DNA of 64,000 bases from Tubiluchus corallicola (Eukaryota > Animalia > Priapulida): positions 554,066 to 618,065 of the forward strand of contig JAQGDQ010000011.1 of assembly GCA_030141605.1 (NCBI GenBank). The letters run 5' to 3'. The notes beneath the pieces were generated by a model that worked only from the letters and a program-made list of their open reading frames with translations, made no database searches and was not told where the DNA came from. The translations under genes were made by a program, and so were the position numbers. Shown piece after piece: positions 17,201 through 28,129 of this stretch (position 1 is its first letter; every line of letters begins with the position of its first letter).

Positions 17201-19659
17201 CAAACAAAAATAATCGACCAGTATCAAGCAGCCACCGGAAACAGCGAGCAAGTTACAAACGAATGTCTGAGTTTGAAATTCCACATATTTTGCCTCAGAA
17301 GAGCGTAGAATACAAACTAATTCAGGCAACACATTTCCACATAACGCTCTTCTTGCGCAACATAAACTAATTCGGATTCATTTCACACGAAAAAGTGAAA
17401 TGCCAACAATAAGAATGTCAGTCCACTAGATGAGTTACACGTAAAGGCATCAGACATGCGCAAATGCGCAACCTCTAGCATTATACTGAATTAAACGACG
17501 TGTTTTCAACCCCCCGGGGAGGATTCAGATATCATTCCATCTATAAATATAGTAGTTGTTTATAAGATATAGGTCTTAGGCGTCTGACCAGTTATCTGTC
17601 TTGTGTACTAATAATGTTTTTGCCTGAGGTATTCAATTCAAGTGATTTATTGAAGATTAAAGTTCATAGAATTTTCTGACGTTATAAACATCTATTGTCA
17701 GTAGCATCACGATTTTCATTTACGTGCATGGAGTTTAATCCGCCACGATAGGCACTATTTTTTGCGCTAGTATTGTTGCTACTACTGTTTTTATAATTAG
17801 ATCATCGTTGTGGTCGTCAGCTTCTTTATTTTGTTCTTAGAAAGCTGGACAGCTAATGCGTACAGTTTTTCACACCTCAAACCACAGCCAACATTTCACG
17901 CTATACCTAGCCTAATTATCAAGGATAAGTCCATGAGATGAGACACTCAACCGACAGGGATATTTTAGCCACATTCGGAGGCCTACACACCCTCCTAAAA
18001 CAAGATAGATAGACAATGGTACAAATGTTCATCCATTTACTAAGCAGATCTAGTGTTGCTTGTCTTAAACAGGATCACAGTTCTAGTTAATTTGATATCT
18101 TTATAAAATATTTCTGATAAAACTATAGATTACAAGTCATTAAATTAGACAAAAAGCTCTGTAGGCTCAATATTGTAAAAGTTTCAGACGGGAGAAATCT
18201 TTGTTAGGAGACATTTTTCAGAGTTTGTGGAAAGACTTTACGTTAAAATGAGTAGGTTTAGAAGCATGTACGCAATCATGCTGGGCTTAAAACCTATTAA
18301 AAATTAATGCAATTTGTATGAGGTAAATCTGTACCAGCCCTCTATTATTTCATGTTTAATAAGTACATTATTATCAAGCCAGAGATGTTATGTTCAGTCA
18401 ATTAAATAACAATATAGCCTTTAAATATCAGTATTTTACAAAATAGTAATAGTGAATTGTTGTCATTGTATCTTTGTTAAAGTGATGATTTTAATATTGC
18501 TGTTAAATGTAAAATTTTTGATTGTATCCGAAATTACATTAGGAGTACAGAACGTTTTAACGTGATCAGACCTTAGGTTCCCTTTTATGTATATAGGTAA
18601 ATTTTAAGACAGGTATTGTCATTATTTAATTGTTATATTATTTGCTAGCATCTACTAACTTTGTATGTATATATGTCTTTGTTTATAAGTATTCGTATGT
18701 ATGTATATCTATTTGAGTTTATTTCTATTTCTATTACTTTGTTTTTTCTGCACTTCTGCTTGTACATATATTTGCATGGCGATGATTCGTGTATCAGTTT
18801 TAAAAACTGTCTAATCTAAACCAAATAAACTACGTTTAGACTAATAAGTATACGTCGCATCACACAGTACTCATAAAATGATTTCATTCTAATGTGACCT
18901 TGTGTAACACTTACATTTACAAATTTATACATATTCAGTTATTTATACATAAATGAATCAATAAATCTTATCAGAAAAACGCATCCACGACTTATTTTTG
19001 CAAGTAAACCTATCAATGCTATTACGGCTCCTTGTGCAATGATTACTGCACGTTTTAGAGGTACTGATGCTTCCGCAACACCATGCTTCACCATGGCAAC
19101 TGTAATTGTTTTCATTGTTGTTCATTCAAATTCATTTTAATTTCGAAAACTGAGTAATTGGATGGTTGGGTACATACTTCAAAACTGGTAGCATCTCAAC
19201 CATAATGACAAAGAGTTCGCCTGTCTGCTGACTTGTTAGTTAGTTAGTTTGTTTGTTTGTCCGCTCGAAATTGTACAAGGTTCTAAGAGGATTTCAATAG
19301 GATTGTCACATGACACTATTAAAAGCAATCTTTTCGCCATGTTTGACTGGGAAAGCGCGCAAAAATCGATATTTACTAATGATTAATACATGAAAAATGG
19401 GACAAAAAATTTTGGTTTGTCCATATCGAAACATTTGGGTTGCACTTAAATGAAGGTAGCACGCAAAAACAGTAGTTTGGTGATGATTTATAGATCTATT
19501 AACACCTTCAAAAAATTGATTTTACTGGTTAAACACATGCTTTCATGGAGCGTCTAGTGACATAATATCATCATCCTCATCCTTCTCCTCATCATCATCA
19601 CTACCACCATCGTCATCGTCATCGTTACCGCCACCGCCACCACTACCACCATTATTGCC

Positions 19660-20640
19660 ATCAAATTCTCATTCCATCTGTTGCAGACATTGAGGCATTA
19701 CCATTTATTAGAGCATTCCACCACTCTAATGTGCAGCTAGCAACGTAATTTCTTCTGCTCTTAAAGCTAGATTTGGTTAAAGTTGATGAACATCTTTAGT
19801 TATCTTAGCTATCCAAGTTGTTTTTGGTTTGAGTAAAGAGAATCTGTCAAATATGGTAAATATCTGATAATTAATGGCTTGATAATTAAATATGTTACAC
19901 ATCTAGGAAGGACGCCTAGGAAGCTAGACTGCTGAACACGAGATTAAGGTGCGGCAGTCACGTGACGGCCTCTCCACTAAGATTCCCAAATACGGAAGTT
20001 CCCATTCTGGAACGGCTGCGCCGTCAGTCTGGCGCCAGTGAGGAAGCCATGGACTGGAGAAGTCTGCCAGGAGATCAGATCAGACTAGGATCTCGAGGAG
20101 GAAAGTTGGAGAGACAGATCAGGGGGCTTGGCATTTCTATGTTCTATAGATACACATATGTATTATGATGTTGTGAAATAAACGTGTTAGTCATCAATCC
20201 AGATCTTATAGCTTTGTCATCACCTAAACGCCAATAAACAGCTACCGTCATTTACATACGTACTACCACTATACAAACCAAGCATATTAATTTTACTGTT
20301 TGTCAGGTGGTTTTTTGCAAGGTTTTGAGGCTTTCTTTAAAGCCATTCTTACTGGTGCTTCACTTGGTAATCTTAGAAGATGTCCTAGCTATCTTAATCT
20401 TTGAATCTTTACTTTTCAACTCCAAAGAATTTCTTTTGTTCTAGTGTATAAATGTTAATTTTTGGTTACGAACGGTCATCTTATCTTTAAAACTTTCCTT
20501 AGGAGACTTCTATGAAATGTGTCAATCTGCTTATTCTTTGAGTAATCGTTAAACCCCATGTTTCACTCTTGTACATAAACATGCTTGTAAGATACGCATT
20601 AAATAATTGAAGTCTTGTGCTAAGGCTTATTTTTTTGTTA
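19660..20640 (-). mobile_element. RTE-clade LINE 3' fragment, interrupted by a 466-bp insertion
   Basis: Minus strand reads TRLQLFNAYLTSMFMYKSETWGLT...IDTFHRSLLRKVLKIR*P...RLR*LGHLLRLPSEAPVRMALKKASKPCKKPP(DK)PKTTWIAKITKDV, a typical RTE C-terminus; CAT/CAC-rich tail at ~19565-19660. Confidence 0.85.
19832..20297 (+). mobile_element. Solo-LTR-like insertion with AGT...ACT termini and 5-bp TSD
   Basis: GTTTG is duplicated at 19827-19831 and 20298-20302; ends are AGTAAA...TTTACT; GC-richer core with AATAAA (~20177, ~20233). Removing it restores the RTE frame KKPPDKPKTTW. Confidence 0.7.
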
Positions 20641-21509
20641 ATTAATACAGTGACTGTCATAAAAGAGTTTTAGTAACAAAACTGGAAAAAAACAAAGTTT
20701 TACCCGCCTACGCGACACCGTAGCGCATCTTAGATGAATTGAAGTCAGAACGTTTTTACCTTAGCAACGAAAAAATGATCAAGTGTGTTGTGTAATTGGA
20801 CTATTTGTGACTACTGAAGGTCTGACTACATTATAAATGTGTACTATCCACGCGAATACTGAAATGTCCAACTGCAGTTAAGTCGAAAAACTGTAGTTAA
20901 TACTTAAGTTATTCGTAAACTTTTTTTGCAATGATGTACTTTCAACTAGTGTAGTGAAAGCGCGTCCAACTAAAGTTGGAATAACTATTGACTCAAGAAG
21001 AGGACAAAATTTCCATTGAATTTTACTTTGGTTAATTTGGGGATTTTAATTAAACAAGATTGTAGTCCAGACACTGTAGTCAATTCCTAAGTTAAATCGT
21101 TATGCATTTTTCAAAAATTTGGAAAGTTTGAACTGTTGAATTTTTGTGCATCAGACGTGCGATTTTTGTATACAACTATGGTTGGATGGTAAAAGTTGTT
21201 GGTGCATCAGCGTCTATGGTTACAATGACAGTTTCTTTCATAGACCTTCGCAAATCATTTTATAGTTTATATCAGTTCTCTGTGTAATTTTCTTTTAACA
21301 TAACGATCAATCAGTAAGATAACTAACAATAAATTAATTAAATAAATGAGTAAATAAATAAACAGATAAATAAAGAAATGAATTAATAAACAAATAAATA
21401 AATAAATATGAATAAATAAGGCACTGTCAATACGAAATTGGTACCTGAAAATAAAATCGCAACGCAAATTAGGAAACAAAATATTAAAAGACCAAATTTT
21501 AAGATAAAC

Positions 21510-21515
21510 TTTATT
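21510..21515 (-). promoter_or_regulatory. Candidate polyadenylation signal of the Ly6 gene
   Basis: AATAAA on the minus strand ~175 nt downstream of the stop codon; the motif is common in AT-rich DNA. Confidence 0.35.
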
Positions 21516-21688
21516 ATTAGAGATTTTTCTTTTATCTTGTCACCACAATAGTAGCATGATTGTCTTAAAACACACATTAAACACACTCAGGACTAGTGGC
21601 GTTCTCACAGAGTATCATCCGAGTAGTCATCACTTAATGTGTTCTATGTAACTGAGCACTAGCACATTACTATGTCAAAATTAGACAA

Positions 21689-22643
21689 TTAAGACATCAA
21701 GGCTTCAAAGATGGCCGCTGTTAAAGCAACTAAAGCTGTCCAGCTGACAAACAATGACGAGGCACCACGATTAACTTCCACATTGTTACAACCGTCGCCG
21801 TTGCATGTGGTGAAGCAGAGTTCAAGTTCAATATTGGGCTCATCGGTCAAGGAAATGATCTCAAAGCTGCAGACATCATCTAGCTTGACATTGAGGCATT
21901 CCCGGATGACAACTGTACCTGGAAAAAACAGCATCAAAAGTAAAGTAACTAAAAACATCGTGACAAGTAACTAGTATAAAACAAAGCAATACATGAGGAA
22001 GAGACTGGCAGCAAGAATTTTACATTGTTCTGTAACTATACACTCAGCCACACAAAAAATAAACAGTTAGATGTGGCAGTGAGCTAGAAATCCCGGCATA
22101 ATACTATTTCAGGCTCACATTTTACGCAAAAGAGTCAAGCTTATACAAACAAACATTTAATAGTACAGTCGTCAATTCCTAATATATAACTGTAATCTCA
22201 TATATGTGATAGCGATGCATCAAACTTTAGAAGTATAGATTTAGAAGTATATAATTTAAAAGCACTTTCGACGTTAATATGATGATTGAATAATTGGGTT
22301 AGGTCATGAGAAATGAACAGATTCTTCAACCCGAGTTTTTACGATTTCTTTCGCCGTTGAAGACAATTGTTTTCTTACATCAGGTCGAAATCCTTGGAAA
22401 ACGGACAAATGAAATAGTTTAGGAAGAACAACAGTCGAAGTGCACGTTACAAGAGTTGGGACATTTACCTGTCAATCCAGCAGAAACTGGCCAGTCTGAA
22501 AGGACACTTACCCATTGGTAGATTTCCAACGGATGTGACGCAATGCGTGGCGTTTTCTTTAGCGCCACTACATTCTCTCGGTTCTAGCGTCCCTTTTTGA
22601 CATCTCTTAGTAAACTGGCACTGCACACATCGTAGCGCCTCTC
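21689..22643 (-). CDS. GPI-anchored Ly6/uPAR (three-finger) protein, quiver/sleepless-like; signal-peptide exon not resolved
   Basis: Exons 22512-22643 and 21689-21918 (phase 1-1) give EALRCVQCQFTKRC...REC...HCVTSVGNLPMGTVVIRECLNVKLDDVC...ELCFTTCNGDGCNNVEVNRGASSLFVSWTALVALTAAIFEALMS*. This has 10 Cys, a CxxxCxxDGCN end and a hydrophobic GPI-signal-like tail. Confidence 0.88.
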
Positions 22644-22834
22644 CTACAAAATGAAAATTTTTCAGTTTTTGAAAAATACTTTGATATATTTTGATCTACA
22701 ATCAACACCATATCTAATGCAGCATCTTGCAGTATGAACGATAGCCTACTATGTAGTAAAGTATGAAAGTGAAGCCGCTAAAAACTAATGCAGCAACTAA
22801 TGTGTTCTCATTTGGCAGACATCATCTTTATATC

Positions 22835-22876
22835 ATCCTACACAAGTTTCACACTGCCAAGGGCTTCATCAGGGAC
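22835..22876 (-). ncRNA. Minimal type I hammerhead ribozyme, partly degenerate copy
   Basis: Minus strand GTCC-CTGATGA-A-GCCC ttggca GTGT-GAAAC-ttgt-GTA-GGAT: core intact, stem II has a mismatch, loop III not palindromic. Confidence 0.55.
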
Positions 22877-23201
22877 TATGGAACAAATCAAGCATCATTA
22901 TTCACCAAAACACAAATTGTACGTTACACAGGTTATACATTGAGTATCAGTTATAAACATTTCAAACAACTTACCGGAATTCTACTACATTTTTGCAAAA
23001 AGTTGAACATTTACACAAAATTAATTAATTCACAGAAACTATCACAGTGTACAGTTTTAAATTAATTCTGTGAAAATGTTCAACTTTTGCGAATATGTAA
23101 TAGAATTCTGGTAAGTTTTTTGTAATGTTTCTAACTGATACTCAATACATAACCTGTGTAACTTTTGTATAACTATGTTTCGATGTTTGATGTGTTTTAT
23201 A

Positions 23202-23243
23202 GTCCCTGAGGAAGCCTTTAGGAAGGTGAAACACGTGTAGGAT
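23202..23243 (+). ncRNA. Minimal type I hammerhead ribozyme (Penelope-type)
   Basis: GTCC-CTGAGGA-A-GCCTT tagg AAGGT-GAAAC-ACGT-GTA-GGAT: CUGANGA/GAAA core, 5-bp stem II, minimal stem III with palindromic ACGU loop, GUA cleavage triplet, short stem I. Confidence 0.78.
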
Positions 23244-23284
23244 GACAATATAGATGTTTGCTAAGTACTGACTCACAAACCTCA

Positions 23285-23665
23285 TGTCCTACCCCATTTT
23301 GAAGTACAGTAAAAGCATATATATTTTAACACCCATAATAATGCCAAAGTGTTTTTGATAAATAAATAATGAATTAAAAACTTAGTTAATGGCGGACGAA
23401 CCCGACTAATGATGGCATCACAAATGAACGTAATTTTCAACAGCGCAAACATTCCGTGAGCGTGTTTGCGAAAACGAAAATTTAAGTACAGTGCTACTGT
23501 GCAAGGTTCAGTGTGATATACAAAAACTCAGCAATATGTTCACAGATTTTAAAGCAAAGTTTAGGTTTAAAATTCAAATTTCAAGTTTACCGCTGTGCTA
23601 TGAGTTTTCGAATAACGTGTGCCCTACGTGACAACTGAACAAATCTCCGAGTTGAGTGGTACCTC
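23285..23665. mobile_element. Copy of a dispersed repeat family (also ~35490-35832 reversed and ~39300-39575)
   Basis: Shared motifs CCTACCCCATTTTGAA, TTTTCAACAGC, GCGAAAACGAAAATTTAAGTACAGTGCTA and TTTAAATTTCAA. Confidence 0.7.
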
Positions 23666-25740
23666 AATAAATTAGATTGTTTTGAGTTATAGTTTAAGAT
23701 GGGGTCCAGTTTTACTTTAACAGTGAACACCTCCATAACGGCTGAAGTATAAATGTTTTTGATTTCCAGCTGCGTTTTTGATTAAGTCCTCCGTTTTGAG
23801 AGTGTTAACGTCTTATAGGATATCCAACGTTATTGTCCGATTGTCGAGACTAATTTGTCGTGTAGTTCACATTGTAATTAGGTCCTCTATGAAACTATAA
23901 TCATGTCAAATTCGCCGTATAGTTTCAATTTAAACTTTTTCCCCCGTTTCTGTGTTAAATGAATAACATCAACACAAGAAATTCTTTTACTTAGAAAAAG
24001 TTAAAAAATAAATGTTTTGAAATTTTGTGTCACTTACTTACTGTCTTTTACTGCGCACAGAGCTTGTATTAGCAGCAACGCCGTACAAAACTTGTAAATT
24101 TAAACTAACGCGATGACCGTTTCAGGCGCAGTGGCGCTGACAAGATAAGGTTGCGCAAATTTAAAAAGTTTAAAAAATAATTAGAGCATTCGTAGCACAC
24201 ACTACACAAACTAAGTAAACGTACAAATTATTTTATATTGTCAATAACACACAATATACAATGGTTACTTACAATTACAAACAAATCCCACATGTGCAAT
24301 TGCTGTCAGTTAGTAAGACCTCATTCACAATTCCCTTTACATGTAATAGCAATTAAAACAAATTAGTTCTGTGAATGCTACACCTGTTGCCCACTAATTT
24401 CGTTTTATTATAGTACTAAACCCAACACATGTATTATTTTTATAAACGTATCACTCACATACAAATACATGCACGCACAGACACAGAAGTAATCTAACCA
24501 AATTGTTAAACATCATAGAAAACGCATAGACATACAGTTTACGTCTTTTTATTATTACTAAGTTGAACCATATTCTCAGAAAGACAGGGAACATAAATAC
24601 CGCAGAAAATTGTTGCCTTTTCGTCTCCAACTCTCCACTGCAATCATCGCGGATTTACTGTTGCTTTTTTTGATGACAAGAATCATATCTTGTGCACTTA
24701 AAGATCACTGGATGTAGACAAAGACATTATCTTTACACTCACAGAGACAAACAGACAATCCTATTAGGTCTATTAGGCTATGACTATAAGCAGCTTTTGA
24801 CCAAAATGGGCAACACTAAAAACGCGACAAATCTTACCACATAACAAGCGTGACACGCAAGGTCACAACTCGATTTGCTTATAGCTCTGCTTACACATAC
24901 GGGACTCATCCTGGATGTTCTCAATCGTTTTCGCACCTTTAACGATTTCATCTATTTGCACCAAAGTTTTCACTAAATGCAAAAATGTAGACTTATTTAG
25001 CTTTTCGCGCCTCCCCCGTCCAATAAAATGCTTGGACAAGATGGCGCTATCTTACCGCCGAAAGATCCAGAACTTTCAGACGTTTTGTTTACATTACAAA
25101 ATTAACACGAACTAAATTGGCTCCTGGCTTTGCAAACCTTCTGAAACTATATACTGAAGGTAGTAAAGGTAATAACGGAATCCGTACCTATACCGTATCC
25201 GTAACCGCAACTGTTACTGTACCCGTAATTGACGTCAAGCATATTGGTTTATCGCTCCGCATCAGTTGTGACGTAATCAGCTCACGCCGCATAATAACTG
25301 TCTTTAGTAATGTCTAATCAGCAGGTAAACTGATTGTGCTTTTTCATACACAAAAAATTTGCAGATAAGCAGTTATTTTTACACGAAATTAACACTTCAT
25401 GTAGCCAAAAAATGCGGCTAGGCCTCAACTATTGCTGACCAAGGCGGACTAGCTTATTCTACTGGGCAAACCTACTTATAGGTGCTTTAGCTGTAATTTA
25501 TACATGTAGGTTAACCTTGAATCTTTAAGATATACCTGCTAACTCGGGCTTCAAATGATCCGAAGTTATAAATTTCTTCTCAGTTCTGTTCAGGTAGAAC
25601 ATTTGACGTTTGCCAACATTAAACCAGCGTCATGTTAATTTGTCCTTTTTAAAATAGTTTTTTCTCTAACTTGCAAAGTCATAAACTAAGCCTAAACTGC
25701 GTATTTTACTGATAGCAAAACGGTTTAATTAGCAACTCAA

Positions 25741-25929
25741 AGACGTAAGCGTTCTGCATTTCTTCCTATAATAAACGAAACTAGACTATATGTTTCCCCT
25801 AATTCACTTGCAATTTCAATCGACAAAATTTAGAACTAGACGTAAGCGTTGTGCATTTCTTCCTATAATAAACGAAACTAGACTATATATTTCCACTAAG
25901 TCACTTGCAAATTGAATCGACAAAATTTA
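25741..25929. repeat. Tandem duplication, 97-bp period, ~2 copies
   Basis: AGACGTAAGCGTT...AATCGACAAAATTTA starts at 25741 and again at 25838. Confidence 0.9.
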
Positions 25930-27838
25930 ATGAAAATTTTCAAATTTCAATCGCCAAGCTAATGAAAAGTTGAGCATTTCTCGGCAAGACGCAGCTGCAG
26001 CTAAATGTCCCGAGAGAACCGGCGTTAAATAAGTGCAGGAGTGTAAAAAATCTTGCACGAAGATTGGGCGGTCAACGAGAATGGTTGACGTTATGCTTGA
26101 CTTTAATTGTACTCGTACATGTAACTGTATTCGTACCGTAACTGTACAGGTACCCATACCCGTAATCATATACGTACCCGTTTCTGTAACCATACCTGTA
26201 CCATGACCGTACACGTACCCGTAACCGTACCCGTAACTGTACCTGTATCCGCAGTAGTCCACGTGGTTGTGTGAAGATTGGAAGCCCGGATCTAAAAAGT
26301 CTACATCTAGTACAGGATTTTTGACTTGTGTACACAGCACTGTTCATCCCTCCGACCAATCGGCTTCACATTATTATTTAAATTTATTCACAATTATCAA
26401 AATTACAACATAAAATAAACAAAAGGAAAAACGCGGATGGCTAGTCAATCAGATAATCAGTAAGTCTGTATTAATTGGTTTGTTAGTCAGTCAGTTGATC
26501 AATCAGTCGGGGAATTAATTATTTAATTTTCTTACATAACTCTTGCGTGCTTATATGGTCTTTTGTGAGATTTTTACACTGGCTGCTATGGCAAGCTAAG
26601 ATCTTATAAAAAATTGATTTCTTGCTTTTTACAAATTTGCTTTTTGTAGGCCAAGCCGTAAAGACTGTTGTCCACAATACTTTTCGCGGTTGGTCAGGGT
26701 CAGCGTCTACGCTTGCGCGTGCGCCGGACACCTGGGTGATTGGCTACGATTGCATTAAGCCTATATAGTTGTAGTATACTTACATGTCCTTCTAGCTGTA
26801 GTGTCATAGAATTTCTACTGCTAAATTAAGGTTTACACGAAGTGCAGTATTTAAAAAAACGCTTCCACCAGAATGATTAACCAAAGTTCTCTGCTCCATA
26901 GCTTTTGCCTCATTTTTATCTGTTAGCGTTTGAATTGGTAAGCGGTTTGTTTGCGATCATTACCGATTATAATAGAGACTACAGTTTCATATAGATTTTG
27001 CGTCACTAAAGAAATTTATAGACATGTTATTGTGATTATTAATGAAATATGCTTCATTAATCACGCCAATAAAGTTTCTGCAGAAAACTCTTTCCCTAGC
27101 TGACGTCAGCGACTACGAGTTCAGCTTCAGTTACTGGGAATGTCTAATAAAGAATTTCTTTCTTCTGACGCCCGCTCAGTTCAAGTCTTTGTCGACAGCT
27201 TAACGTATTCCGCTGGGGTTTATTACACGTTTTATGCATCAGTCGGATTTTTCCAAATAAGAACTTCTGATTTAAGACATCAAACGAACTGAAACTCCCC
27301 CTTCTTGCTTATTAAGCGTATTGGTAAGAAGCCAAAAACTTCAAAAGGGAGGGTAAAGGTAAAATACTGATATTGCAGCTTCACAAAGGACAAAAAACAG
27401 AAATACGCGTGATTATAGTTTTTCTCTAATTGACTAACGTCCAATCGAAGCTTTGATTTTCTGTGCAGCACAATTTCCCGTCTATAAGGTAAGAGGAATC
27501 AGTATGAAAGGGATTGCTGAACAAAAGCCAACCATTTGCAAGCCAGGAGCGCAGCTGTAGTAGCTTCTGCAAGTTAATCGACATCACGTGCATTAATAAC
27601 AATAATTACTGTCAAACTAGGACGATCGTTATTCTTATTGTGGCTAACATTTTAATCAAAAATAAGAAATCTTGTATCTGAGAAATTTACATAATTAGTG
27701 GGCGAGAGGAATAGCTAAGTGAGCTAAGTTAAGCGATGCTCGGTCAGTAGATGCCATATGGGTGATTGATAAAATCTTTCTGGATGATTTCGTATGCCAT
27801 ACAATCTCTGAACACATGGCAAATGCATACATACATAA

Positions 27839-28129
27839 GGGCGAGTTCAGACTAGCGAGTTTTCTGTCGCACGTTTCCTGTTGCGAGTTTTCTCTCTGAC
27901 AGCAAACTCGCGTGTGTGAACTGCTTTGCGAGTTACTGTCGGCAAGTTATTGCAAACGCTCCAACAGTTGCTTTGAACTGACTTGCTGTCTAGTATGAAC
28001 CCCTCGTCCAGTTACTCTCGACTCTTCTCACAGCGAATAGAGAATTGAGTGCCAGCTATCACTTGTTATCGGAGAGTAACTCGCTAGTTTAGTTACTTGG
28101 CGAGAAAACTCGCTAGTCCGAACGTGACG
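27839..28129. mobile_element. PIF/Harbinger-like MITE
   Basis: 27-bp TIRs GGGCGAGTTCAGACTAGCGAGTTTTCT / AGAAAACTCGCTAGTCCGAACGTGACG (outer end degenerate); flanks TAA/CAA; internal GCGAGTT repeats. Confidence 0.75.

Larger units (their letters stand above)
22810..23266. mobile_element. Inverted repeat (~210-220-bp arms) resembling paired Penelope-like element pseudo-LTRs
   Basis: 22810-23030 is the approximate reverse complement of 23058-23266; each arm carries a hammerhead motif near its outer end. Confidence 0.75.

Noticed and set aside
22340-22400. Hammerhead-like CTGATGT...GAAA (and CTGAAGA...GAAAT at ~46314)
   Set aside because: Core mismatches and no coherent stems.
25927-26359. 137/95-aa YGYG-rich ORFs
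   Set aside because: They derive from an (ACCGTA)-like 6-mer repeat also present at ~25185-25225; no splice or homology support.
27715-27770. Weak 5S rRNA-like segment
   Set aside because: Too short and divergent to call.
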